A stretch of DNA of 64,000 nt from Octopus sinensis (taxonomy: Eukaryota): contig NC_043000.1 in the NCBI RefSeq assembly GCF_006345805.1, positions 24,924,001 through 24,988,000 of the forward strand, in the 5' to 3' direction. This document shows positions 12,355 through 24,449 of the stretch, piece after piece. The notes beneath the pieces were generated by a model. It had not been told where the DNA came from. It ran no database searches and saw nothing but the letters and a program-made list of their open reading frames with translations. The position numbers were made by a program, and so were the translations under genes. Within the stretch, counting starts at the first letter, position 1. Every line of letters begins with the position of its first letter.

Positions 12355-13214
12355 CCTCTTTCTTTTCCTGAGTATTCAATAACACAGTACTTGTTCCAAG
12401 TCCTTGCGTTGTTGTTTTTTCTTGCTTGTTCTTGTTTGGATTGACCATATATTAATATACCCTCTCTGTGGTCGAATATACAACTGCCTGTTTTTTCTAA
12501 CTTGTGGATCTAGAGCTCCAGCTGAAGAAAACCGTGCCAAATCAGACTGGAGTCTGGTGCAGCTGTCTAGCCTACCAGCCCTAGTCAAACCATCTACCCA
12601 TGCTAGCATGGACAATGGACTTTAAATGATGATGATATATTCACAGACCCCCTTCGGTCACAAATGACCATGGGATTGCACCTAGAAAGTTACCCTCCGA
12701 GGCACAAGTCCAGGCAAGGTTGATTATGAAATGATGAAAGGTAAAGTTAACACTCAGCGAAATTTGAACTCAGAACGTAAAGACAGACAATATACCGCGA
12801 AGCATTTCACCTGATGTGCTAACATTTCTGCCAGCTTGCCACCTTTAATATGTTGTAATATTGGTGACATACTGAGTCACAGAAACACGGTAAATATCAT
12901 GGTTTTGAGACTCAACAAATGGCTTGTTTTTTTGTTTCCTTTTTTGTCTTTTTTTTTGTTACTTTGTTTATGGTGACATTTATGCTTAATACACATTTTG
13001 AATAGATTTCTAAGCAATGAAATAGATTTTAAATTTTACATATGCAAACATTATTCGCGTATATGAGCCTGAGTTTATGCATAAATATGTCTACATGTGT
13101 ATGTATTTGGGTGTGCATGCATGCGTGTAATATATGTATGTGTATGCGTGTGTTTCAATCAGGAAGTGAAACTAGCAATTGTAACTTGTGAGGATTCAGT
13201 TACAAAATATCATG

Positions 13215-13232
13215 TGCACATACACACACACA

Positions 13233-13277
<45 letters not shown>

Positions 13278-13285
13278 CACACACA

Positions 13286-13320
<35 letters not shown>

Positions 13321-13399
13321 CACACACACACATACTCCCTCTCTCTGTCTCTGTGTGTATATATACATATACACACACACTCCCTCTGTCTGTGTGTAC

Positions 13400-13469
<70 letters not shown>

Positions 13470-13560
13470 TCCCTCTCTCTGTCTCTGTGTATGTGTATAT
13501 ATATATATATATATATAATATATATATATATACGCACGCACATGCATACAAACGTGTGCG
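13215..13560. repeat. Compound (CA)n(CT)n(TA)n minisatellite
   Basis: Repeated CA-CT-TA cassette. Confidence 0.9.
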
Positions 13561-13978
13561 TGCACGTGTGTAAAGAAGTTGAGAGTTAAATTATTTATAC
13601 AATTAATTAGTGAGCATTTGGCAGCAATAAACTGTGATATTCTCCCTGTGTGAGCTGAACCATAAATTTACTGAACATAGCCCTATGCTCATTAAGATTC
13701 AGGATGTTAATTCCTACCTAGTCCGGGCTCTCAGATAGCATTACAGAACGACGATATTTTAAAGTTTTAGCTATTTTGTACATACACATGCACGTACACA
13801 CACACACACACATACGTTTACATACTCATTCATTTATATATATTTTTATGGGTGTAGCTCTATGGTTGAGAAGCATGTTTCCCAGCTACATGGTCTCAGG
13901 TTCAGCCCTACTGCACGTGCTTTCTATTAGAGCCCCAGGATGACCGAAGACAGGATTTGTTGGCAGAATTTGGAAGAA

Positions 13979-14365
13979 GGCGCAGGAATGGCTGTGTGCT
14001 AAGTAGCTTGCTTACCAACCACATGGTTCCAGGTTCAGTCCCACTGTGTGGCACCTTGGGAAAGTGTCTTCTACTATAGCCTCGGGCTGACCAAAGCCTG
14101 GTGAGTAGATTTGGTAGATGGAAACTGGAAGAAGCCTGTCGTATATGTATATATATGTATATGTATATGTTTGTCACCCCAACATCGCTTGACAACCAAT
14201 GGTTGTCAACCAATGCGGGTGTATTTACGTCCCCATAACTTAGCGGTTTGGCAAAAAGAGACCAATATAATAAGAACTAGGCTTACAAAGAATAAGTCCT
14301 GGGGTCAATTTGCTTGACTAAAGGCGGTGCTCCAGCATGGCCACAGTCAAATGACTGAAACAAGC
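13979..14365 (+). mobile_element. SINE family A, full length
   Basis: Head to tail homology; extra head fragment at 13848-13945. Confidence 0.9.
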
Positions 14366-14404
14366 AAGCCCATTGTGCATGTGTGTGTGTGTATCCTTGT
14401 CTCG

Positions 14405-14685
14405 ACATCAGTAAGGGTGCATGGCTTAGTGGTCAGTGTGTTTGGTTCATGAATGTAAAGTCACGAGTTCTATTTCTGGCAGTACACTTTATTTGCCACT
14501 CAGCTGGCAAAAGTGAGTTGCACCTGTAATTACAAAGGGCCAGCCTTGTCACACTCTGTGTCATGTTGAATCTCCTTGAGAACACCTTTATGGGTAATGT
14601 GTCTGTGGAGTACTCAGCCACATGCATGTTAATTTTACGGGCAAGCTGTTTTGTTGGTCGGATCAACTGGAAACCTCGTCGTAAA
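14405..14685 (+). mobile_element. Chimeric SINE: V-like head plus family D tail type 1
   Basis: CCACTCAGCTGGCAAAAGTGAGT as in 32.8 kb family, then AAAGGGCCAGCCTTGTCACA.. as in 52590-52688. Confidence 0.7.
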
Positions 14686-14782
14686 TTTTTCCCTGTAAGT
14701 TTGGATATACTCCCTAATATTATATATGTATATATGTATGTATGTATGTATATATGTATATGTATGTATGTATGTATGTATG

Positions 14783-14814
<32 letters not shown>

Positions 14815-15039
14815 TGTATGTATGTATGACATCATGTAATGGCTGTAAACAATCATCGCTGTCATACAGGCAAAGTGGCTTCTGTTCAGTCTTTTGTGAA
14901 AAACATGTCTAACCAGGGGCAAACATTTACTTAGAAACAGGCCAGGTTGGTGACAGGAAGAGCATCTGGCTGTAGAAATTTTACCTCAACGAATTGCATC
15001 TGACCTACACAAGTATCAAAATGTAGCCATCACTATTTG

Positions 15040-15445
15040 TTAAGTCAGCAAGCTGGCAGAAACGTTAGCACACCGGGTGAAATGCTTAGCGGTATTTCGT
15101 CTGCCGCTACGTTCTGAGTTCAAATTCCACCGAGGTCGACTTTGCTTTTCATCCTTTCGGGGTCGATTAATTAAGTACCAGTTACGCACTGGAGGTCAAT
15201 GTAATCGACTTAATCCGTTTGTCTGTCCTTGTTTGTCCCCTCTGTGTTTAGCCCCTTGTGGATAGTAAAGAAATAGGTATTTCACCTGTTGCTACATTCT
15301 GAGTTAAAATTCTGCAGAGGTCAGCTTCACCTTTCATTCTTTCGGGGTCAATAAACTAAGTACCAGTTGAGTACTGAGGTCAATGTGTTTGACTGTCCCC
15401 CACCCCACAAAACCCAGGCCGTGTGGTTACAGTAGAAAGGATTAT
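15040..15445 (+). mobile_element. SINE family B, full copy plus 5'-truncated tandem unit
   Basis: Junction GAAATAGGTATTTC at 15270-15283. Confidence 0.9.
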
Positions 15446-15461
15446 TATTTTTATATGTTGT

Positions 15462-15720
15462 AGGTGCAGGCATGGCTGTGAGGTAAATAGCTTGCTTACC
15501 AACCACAAGGTTCTGGGTTCAGTCCCACTGCATGGCACCTTGGGGCAATGTCTTCTACTCCAGCCTTGGGCTGACCAAAGCCTTGCGAATAGATTTGATA
15601 GACAGAAACTGAAAGAAGCCTGTCATATATGTGTGTGTGTGTGTGTGTGTGTGATGTGTGTGTGTGTATATCTATGTTTGTCCCCCACCATAGCTTGACA
15701 ACTGATGTCGGTGTGTTTTG
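15462..15720 (+). mobile_element. SINE family A, 3'-truncated by CR1 fragment
   Basis: Family A homology ends at the CR1 junction. Confidence 0.85.
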
Positions 15721-15721
15721 G

Positions 15722-16005
15722 CTGAGCTGGATCGTATTCCTTCAAACACAACATGTTGGGTTCTGTTCGTCAGGAAACACTTTATCCACTGCAGCAGCTT
15801 TCCACCGACTCCAATGCTGCACAGTTTCTTCAGCAGGATTTTGTGGTCCACTCTGTCAAACGCCTTGCTGAAACCAAGGTATCAAGGTATATGACGTCAG
15901 TGTTGGAATCTTCTTCCAACGCTTTTAAGATGTTGTCAAAATGATGCAGAACCTGCAACAGGCAGTCCCTGCCATCATGGAAACTATGCTAGTTGGGGTT
16001 CGCCA
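15722..16005 (-). mobile_element. CR1/L2-group LINE reverse transcriptase fragment
   Basis: N*HSFHDGRDCLLQVLHHFDNIL..DVIYLD/SKAFDRVDHKILLKKL..GKLLQWIKCFLTNRTQ, interrupted by a 7-bp duplication (taccttg). Confidence 0.85.
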
Positions 16006-16029
16006 TCTCACTACTCTCTTAAATATTTT

Positions 16030-16162
16030 CATATATGTATGTATGTATATATATGTATGTATGTGTGTGTGTTATATATATATATATATATATATATACT
16101 ACTAATAAGATATATACATTATATATATATACATACATACATATATACATATAATATATACA

Positions 16163-16193
<31 letters not shown>

Positions 16194-16375
16194 TTATATA
16201 CACATACATACATACATATATATATCTACATACATATATACATATATATATAAATATTATGGAGTATATCCAAACTTACAGGGAAAAATTTGCTTATAGT
16301 GGTTTTATCTCTATTTAATTTATATATATCGATATATATATAATATATATATATTATATATATAATATATATTTA
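16030..16375. repeat. TA/TACA-rich microsatellite
   Basis: Direct inspection; also (TATG)n at 14725-14828. Confidence 0.9.
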
Positions 16376-16380
16376 CACAA

Positions 16381-16546
16381 CAGGCTTCTTCTTTCCATTT
16401 CCATCTACCAAATTCACTCACAAGGCTTTGGTCGGCCCAAGGCTATAGTAGTAGACCCTTGCCCAAGGTCCCATGCAGTGGGACTGAATCCAGGACCATG
16501 TGGTTGGTAAGCAAGCTACTTACCACACAGCCACTCCTGCACCTAT
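16381..16546 (-). mobile_element. SINE family A, 5' half
   Basis: Family A homology. Confidence 0.85.
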
Positions 16547-17139
16547 ATATCTATTATATTCTAAAATTTGGACCTATTTTGAGTCCGGATTTTCTTAAAG
16601 ACAAAAAGTAAAAATCTTTTCGATATCAAATTAAGTTCTGTGATAGGACATTATATTGTCCAGCATCCACACTGCAGAAAGGAGAGCCTTGCATTTTACA
16701 AGCTGTGAGTCAAATTACATGACAATAAAAGTTTCATATAACACAGCAGAAACTTTCTACTCTTTGACCTAATGGAAGTAATTAAAATTTTCACACCAGA
16801 TTGTGAGATTGCTGATGTGATCTTGATGTCAGAATTACTGCTGTTGAAGGGTTAAACTAATAACAGGATCTGGCAAATCAAAAAAGCAACAGTAAATCTG
16901 TCTAAACAGGAAATTTCAGTCTGGTGTCATGTTTAACTCTGAAATACCAATGATAAATTCCCTTCATTAGAAGCTAATTGTTTCCTATATTTGTCTACGA
17001 AAGGTACAGACCGTGAGATGTATATAACAACAGCAATAGATCTAAACCCAGACCGACTATTGTTAACTTGTCAAAATATTCACTCAGATACAAAGGAATA
17101 TATTAAAGGTGGAAAGTAAATTTAATACAACCAAAGAAG

Positions 17140-17329
17140 TGTGGCTGTGTGGTAAAAAGCTTCTTTCCCAACCACATGGTTCTGGTTTCAGTTCAACTGC
17201 GTGATAGCTCAGGCAAGTGTCTTCTACTATAGGTTCGGGCCAACCAAAGCCTTGTGAGTGGATTTGGTAGACAGAAAGTGAAAGAAGCCAGTCGTATGTG
17301 TGTGTGTGTATGTATGTATGTATGTATAT

Positions 17330-17385
<56 letters not shown>

Positions 17386-17600
17386 ATATATATATAGATA
17401 TATATATATATATATAATATATAGACATACATATATATGTATGTATATATATATATATAAATAAAGGAATACAAAAAAAATGGGATAAGAGACCAACTAG
17501 TACTAGGCTTACAAGGGATAAGTCTTGGGGTCGATTTCTTCGACTAAAGGCACTGCTCCAGCATGGTCACAGTCAAATGGTTGAAATGTGTAAAGGAGTA
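17140..17600 (+). mobile_element. SINE family A with expanded TA tract and internal deletion
   Basis: Head 17140-17295, TA tract, tail 17488-17600. Confidence 0.85.
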
Positions 17601-18189
17601 AAATTATACTTGTTTTGAAACCAAAATCAGACGCTCTTGTGCAGATGTTAACCCTGCTAAAAATAATAAACCAAATCTCCCTTAATTCACATCCTACCAT
17701 CTTTAATATGGGACATTTTGATAGTGTTGTCCTAGATACACTGTCATATTGACTACAGCATCAGATGCTGTAATACACCACTGGTTACAATGCACTTCCA
17801 ATTCTGTCTTCACTGCTCCCTTCTGTTCTATCTTAACCAAAATTACTAAAGTAGATCATTCCTATATCTGTCCATGAAAGCACAAACCATGAGATGTATA
17901 TAGCAATAGCTCTAAACTTGGACTAACTATTGTTAACTTGTCAAAATATTTGCTCGATACAAAAGAATATATAAAGGCGGAAAGTAAATTTAATACAGAT
18001 AAAGAGGTGGGTCTGTGAGGTAACAAGCTTGCTTCCCAACCACATGGTCCTGGGTTCGGTTTTTGATCTCTTGGATACCATTTGGAAACTGCAGAAGTCC
18101 ACCTATTGTCTATGAACCTTGCACTATGTCCGGCCTAGTGGAACTTGTGCTTTCAGTATCACATTATCCACTCCACTTTGTTCTGGAAT

Positions 18190-18360
18190 TATCTCAATTA
18201 AATCAACCCCAGTACTCAACTAGTCCTTATTTTATCAACTTCAGAAAGATGAAAGGCAAAGTCAACCTCATTGGAATTTGAACTCAGAATGTAAGGATAG
18301 ACGAAATGCCACTAAGCATTTTGCCCAATGTGCTACCAAATCAGCCAACTCATTCTTTAT
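18190..18360 (-). mobile_element. SINE family B
   Basis: Family B homology; further relics at 12735-12848 and 18925-19105. Confidence 0.8.
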
Positions 18361-19111
18361 CTTAATCTACAACAATGAAGTTAATAATAAATAACATCTG
18401 CTCAAAATTCAATGAAAACTAATGCAAACCATGGTTATATTTTCCACTAAAGAGGGAAATTAACTCAGAAATAGCTACGACAGAATTAGAAGAGGAAAAA
18501 TAGTTTCAAAGTAATGAGCTACAATAAGACGGTGAATAAATTTTCCTCAATACTTAAGAACTATTATAGTTTAATGAGAAAGCTGTCTTTCAAAAGACGT
18601 GGCTTTCTGTGCAAGAAATACATAATGCAGAAACAGATATAATGCCATTGTAATTCTTTTAGAATTTTCAATATGGAGTTATGTCATGCAAGGAAGTTAC
18701 AAAACTAAATGTAGATGTTTAGCCCCGGGCCAGCATTGATCAAACAGAGCTATTATGATTAAAACATACCAGCTATGACTGTCTAATCATATTTCCAGAC
18801 AGTACATTTAGAACTTTCTTATCCGATGAGTTCTTTCTTTTTAAAACATGTTAGGGTGTGATCTGAAGGATATTTGGCTGCTATTTCTAACTAGTACTGA
18901 TGATGTTAATCATAACAATGGTTTCTAATTAAAGCACAAAGGCAGCAGTTTAAAAGGGGTGGTCAGCTGATACACTCAATCACAATACTTGACCAGTACT
19001 TTTAACTTTTGCTGACCCTGAAAGGATGAAAAACAAAATTAAAATTGGTGGTATTTGAATTCAGAATGCAAAAGCTGGAAGAAATGCTATTAAACATTTT
19101 GTCTGTTGTTC

Positions 19112-19330
19112 TGCATGCACCTCGGGCAGGCCCGGCTGACGGCACTTCCATGCCTTAAAGTTTATCCCGAATGGGCAGCACCCCTCAGTAGCACTACCAG
19201 GCAAGGGATTTCTGGAAGTTATCCATAGGCCCCAGCCTGAAGGTCCTTTGGAACAGACTGGTCAGTTGATCTTCGTCAATGCCCAAAGTTTCCCTGAAAA
19301 TGTTGTTGCCCTTTTCCTCCACTAATCCTT
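19112..19330 (-). mobile_element. L1/Tx1-type LINE ORF2 C-terminal (zf-RVT-like) fragment
   Basis: FRLGPMDNFQKSLAW*CY*GVLPIRDKL, frameshift, RHGSAVSRACPRC. Confidence 0.7.
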
Positions 19331-19355
19331 TATAGATTGCTAGAGTGTAATAATA

Positions 19356-19552
19356 ATAGGTACAAATGTAAAGGTAGAATACCTACAAAAATCAGCATTG
19401 CTTGGAACTGCAAGGATTCTTTGCTGGGTTCTTGAAGCATGACCAGTAAACAAGTGTCGCCTTAGTCTGCTGGCTGTGGACAGCTGAAACTTTCCATCAT
19501 ACCCAGCAAAATAAGTCGAGTTTCCATATAATAATAATAATAATAATAATAA
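19356..19552 (+). mobile_element. R4/Dong-type non-LTR element, short 3' end with (TAA)n tail
   Basis: IGTNVKVEYLQKSALLGTARILCWVLEA* then 3' UTR and (TAA)n; (TAA)n also on the 5' side. Confidence 0.8.
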
Positions 19553-20022
19553 CGTAACAATGTGGCAAGAATGATTCATTGGGAGCTCTGTGGAAATTAC
19601 AGTCTACAAAGAGCAAAGACATTACCGAAAATGAGAACTGCAAAATCCTGTGGGATGTAATGGTCCAGTGTGATCACCTGACCAGACATAGGAAACTGGA
19701 CATTGTTGTGGTGAATAAAAAACAAAGAAGATGCATGATAATCTACATAGCATGCCTCGGTGATGACAGGATCAATGTGAAAGAAGAAGAAAAAATAAGC
19801 TACTATGACGATTTGAAGTGGGAAATATGAAGGTTGTGGTCAATGAATAGAGTAGACATGATACCAATAGTAATTGGTGCACTTGGAAGTATCAGCACAC
19901 AACTACTAACATGGCTGAAAAAGATTGGTGCAAGTGTGAGGGTAGAACACTCACAAAAATCAGCATTACTTGGAACTGCAAGAATTCTTCATAGGGTTCT
20001 TGAAGCCTGACCAGTAAACAAG
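19553..20022 (+). mobile_element. R4/Dong-type restriction-like endonuclease fragment
   Basis: NNVARMIHWELCG..ENENCKILWDVMVQCD..RKLDIVVVNKK..KEEEKISYYDDLKWEI*RLWSM..IPIVIGALG..QKSALLGTARILHRVLEA*. Confidence 0.85.
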
Positions 20023-20441
20023 CCAACACTGTATGTAACAGGCTGAAACATAAATACTCTGACTTTGCATAAAACACTGATAATGCAGCAGTGATTTATT
20101 AATCAAACCAGGTGCTCACAATGTGTTATATATATGCAAATCAGTTCATGTGATTCACCTAAGCCCTTAGTAATACAAGGCTTATAAAAAGTGTCTCTGT
20201 AAATAGCCAGAGAGAGAGTAACCAATCATTGATAAAATTCCAATAGAAGATTAAAACCATTCAGTGTAATTCCTATTTATCAATACATAAAATTCAGTAC
20301 ATCGAGTGTTGGATAAAATCACCATCACTATCACTCTTAAATATCCACTTTTTCTTGCTTGCATTGGTCAGACAGAAATCATTGTGGCAGACTTTCTATG
20401 GCTGGATGCTCTTCCGTCTCCAACCTTCACCTATTTCCAAG

Positions 20442-20612
20442 CATGTAAAAGCACCCACTACACTCTCGGAGTGGTTGGCATTAGAAAGAGCATCCAGCTG
20501 TAGAAATTTTGCGTGATCAGATTGAGCCTGCTGCAGCCTCTGGCTCACCAGTCCTCAGTCAAACCGTCCAACCCATGCCAGCATGGAAAGTGGACGTTAA
20601 ACAGTGATGATG
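20442..20612 (+). mobile_element. Family C 3' end
   Basis: Family C homology; shorter pieces also at 10945-11065, 12520-12635, 22285-22370, 27780-27855, 58780-58860. Confidence 0.85.
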
Positions 20613-20669
20613 ATATATATACTTTTATACATTTCAGCCCTAAGGCCATGGCCATATTAGAGCACTTGT

Positions 20670-20747
<78 letters not shown>

Positions 20748-21145
20748 AGGAGGAAGTCAGAATTTTTGATAATTCTTTATTAGCGCTTTCATTCATTTAC
20801 AAAGATTTTGATTTTGTCTTGACAAGTTCATAAACAAATGAAAGCGCTAATAAAGGATTATCCAATATTCTATTCTGACTGCCTCTTTTTTCTCATTATA
20901 CAATATCTGTACACCATTTCTCTCTCTCTCTCTATATATATATATGTGTGTGTGTGTGTTTGTATATATAAAATATGAATTAGAGACAAAACCACTATTA
21001 TGCAACTCAAACATTGATAGACATAAACCAATACATAAATAACAAATAATATATATTTTTATAAAACATAACTTATAACTAGATCTCAAAAAGTATAAAA
21101 ATGAATGATCAAAATATAATACATTAATTAATTAATTAATTAATG

Positions 21146-21174
<29 letters not shown>

Positions 21175-21176
<2 letters not shown>

Positions 21177-21305
21177 GGGTGTCCCAAAAAAATGTATACA
21201 CATAGTGGTTCGGCAAAAGAGAACGATAGAATAAGTACTAGGCTTACAAAGAATAACAAATTTACAATTATTTAAGGTGTGTATACATTTTTTTGGGACA
21301 CCATG
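21175..21305. mobile_element. Tc1/mariner-type MITE, 131 bp
   Basis: 27-bp TIRs (21175-21201, 21279-21305, one mismatch), TA on both flanks; first 15 bp identical to the TIR at 9146. Confidence 0.85.
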
Positions 21306-22036
21306 TATATATATATATATATATATATAAACACTCACACATATATATATGTAAGACTTTGGTTAGCATATGACTAACTTGCCCAATGTGCCATTCAATG
21401 GGACTGAACCTGGAACCGTATAGCTGGGAAGCAAACTTCTTAACCACACAGCCATGCCTGCATCTACAGAAAATAATAACTCTAGTGACGATATCTACAT
21501 TATTTCAGTTTTTCCTTTCCTGGTAACAAGATTAAACATTGAAACCATGCAGGGTGGAGGTGGTGACGGGTGGGACTAGATTCATACATCAAGACATGCT
21601 GTAAACTACACCTCAGTGAACTGACTAACGAGATCGGGTGTATCTGTAAGAGTAATTATTGGCAAACAGGAAGATTTCCTGAACTTAGAAATGGCACTGG
21701 CATTGAGGTGTTGGGTTACTCTCGACATCAAAGACAAAACATGAATAGGTGGAATGAGGATTTCCTAAAATTTAAGCTCTGAGATTGTCAAAGTATGGCA
21801 GCGGTGGTGGTAGCAGTGGTGATGTTATGAGGTGGCAACTAAAATGTTTAATCAGGTACAACTCAGATCAGGTACAACTATTGATTAGAGATAAGAATGA
21901 GTTATTTTGTTTATTGGTTGTTTTGTATTTTATTTTGCACTTTTGTCTTTGTGTGACTTTCCTCATTGTTTGGTGATTGAGTAAAGTCTCAAACAAATTT
22001 AAATTACAAAGGATATTAGTACTACTAGTGTTGCTT

Positions 22037-22261
22037 TAGAAAATTACCATTTGTAAATCTCACAACGAGAGATATTCAGCAACAGTACTTTGGAGTAAAG
22101 ATTATTTGCCAAAATAACGTAACATGTCTCCTGGGGCTAAATTACAGCAACATTCGTCCTAAACCAGGACTGTCATGTTACGTTGGCAAATAATCTTTAC
22201 TCCAAAGTACTGTTGCTGAATATCTCTCATTGTGAGATTTTAAAAAATAGTCATTTTCTAA
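22037..22261. repeat. Long inverted repeat (foldback/MITE-like)
   Basis: Arms about 22037-22126 and 22174-22261; core 22055-22112 pairs with 22183-22240 with one mismatch. Confidence 0.85.
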
Positions 22262-22914
22262 TCTATAGACCAGCGACGAGTTGTCAGGCTTCAATCTGAT
22301 CTGGCATGGTTTCTACAGCTGGATGCCTTTCCTAATGCAAACCACTACATGCAACCAGCATGAGGGCCCTCTGAGAATAATTGTTGCAATAGGCTGACAT
22401 TTTGCATGTGTATTACTCTGATACTTGCCTAGATGCTGTTCTAGTGTGAATTTAATACACTTCATGTGTTCATCTTCCAGAGACACTTGAATACTACTAC
22501 CCAGGGGTCAAAAACGCTTGAACTCCTACATATGGCTATGAGCAACCCCACAATGAAATCTAGGCCAACTTCATCAATGCCTTTGATTCAGCATCTATTC
22601 TGTAGCCCAATCTGTTGGCATTCCAGGCTAGAGCATATTATCTTTGATAGTTTGGTAGAGAGATTGACCTAAAATAAGGGTCTGTTTGCCTTGTCAGTCA
22701 TTTTGAATTTATAATTAGGTAGGAGGGCTCCGAAAGGGGTCTGAGTGAGTAGCGTCCCTGCGTTCATGAGCTAGTTTAATACCACATTTCTTAAAAATCA
22801 TGATAGAGGCCTTGGTTTTGAGACTACTCATGTCTAGAAACTGAAGTTGATGGTAAGCAAGGGCATGCTCCTCGTAGAAAATCCAGCTCCAAAACAGCCT
22901 CATGATAGCAAAGG

Positions 22915-23052
22915 AGAATGGGCACCAGCCAGCCCAAGGGTTGGGGTGGGCTGCACTTGCCTACCTCAATTGCCATGGTATTGAGGTAGATCCAGCCACC
23001 TCCGTTAATGGGGACAAAACCTGGATTTAAAACACAGGATGATGATGATGAT
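22915..23052 (+). mobile_element. RTE-type 3' UTR with (GAT)n tail
   Basis: GAGGTAGATCCAGCCACCTCCGTTAATGGGGACAAAAC..GATTTAAAACAC resembles reverse complement of 38940-39000. Confidence 0.6.
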
Positions 23053-23296
23053 GAATTAGGTTATGACTAGATAATGTGGAAATTTGAATATTATATTTTT
23101 TGATAGAACTAACATTGTTCTTGATGTATGCCATATTTGATTTGCTTGGGTTTTATTCCCGCCGAGTGAGAGCATCTTCAATTTAAGAGTGTTTTCCTAC
23201 AGCTGAGGTGTTAGTCTTCCCTTAATTAATTAATTGTTTGGTGTGCTAATGATTCTGTCAGTTCACTCATTCTAATAATAATAATAATAATAATAA

Positions 23297-23960
23297 TTTC
23301 AAATTCTGGCACAAGGCCAGCAATTTCAATGGAGGGGGGGGTCTAGTCAATAACATCAACCACAGTCTTTATCTGGTACCTATTTTATCAACCTCAAAAG
23401 GATGAAGAGTGAAGGTTTCAAATTTTGACACAAGGCCAGCAACTTTTGAGGTTAGTGGTAAGTTGATTACACCAATCTAGCAGTCCAATTGGGACTTGAA
23501 CTGAAAACGTAGAGCCACAAGAAATGCCACCATACACTTTCTCTGGCACAACATCAATTCTGCCAGCTTGCCACCCCATTAGTAATTGTTTCAAATTTTG
23601 GCACAAGGCTAAGAATTTAGGGGAAAAGGGTAACGACTACTTATATTGTAACGTGGTCATAGAAAAGATCTAGTTGGTTAAATCACCATCTGTACATGGC
23701 TGGTATTTATTTTATTGATCCCCCAAATGAATTAATACCTAGAAAGGGGGCAAAGCCAACAAGTGTAAAGCATTTAGTCTGGTTCACTAGCATTTCTACC
23801 ATTTAGCTACAACCAATAGTAATTCCTCATATTGGCACAAAGCCACAGATTTGAAGCAATCAGGCAAGCTCGACTGAGTTGACTCCACTATATGCCTGCT
23901 TCGTAGCTTACAGAGCCTGAAAGCATGGAAGGAAAAGTTCTTCCTGTCAGGATTTGAACT
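23297..23960 (-). mobile_element. Stack of degenerate same-orientation family B copies
   Basis: Repeated 3' end TTTCAAATT.TGGCACAAGGCC at about 23297, 23418, 23590 and a weaker one at 23825. Confidence 0.7.
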
Positions 23961-24449
23961 AAATGTAAAGAGTTGATAAGTACAATCTCCATCTAATAAT
24001 ATTTCCCAAATAGCGTATTGAAGACATTCTAATTAAGAATCTAAATATGGTTGCCTAATTCCCATTTACCAAAACAGTTCTCCATCTCTCCCTTTCTCTA
24101 CTTACACATTCATCATCACAGAGATAATAGAAGTTTTACACAGATTGTCTATAGTAAATAATTATCTGATTCTTCTCTGCCAAATTCTGTAATTTGTTGC
24201 AAATATTCTATAAATTCTATGCTAAATGATAAACTGTTATAGTCTTCTATGAGCTTAGTGCTGCTACTACATTTACCATTTAGCACTTCAGTCAGAATTC
24301 CAGGAGGAATTTCAGAGATTCCAACAGGGAAGCTGTTTCTAGGTAGAAAAATTTGTTACCATTATTCTCACCATATTTGTTAGATTTATGTTGATAACAA
24401 TGCTTAATTAATATAAATGTTATTATATAAATCATGTTGTTTAATAGCC

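Noticed and set aside
24286-24336. Possible 51-nt exon (RIPGGISEIPTGKLFL)
   Set aside because: Weak donor, two frames equally plausible, no linking exons
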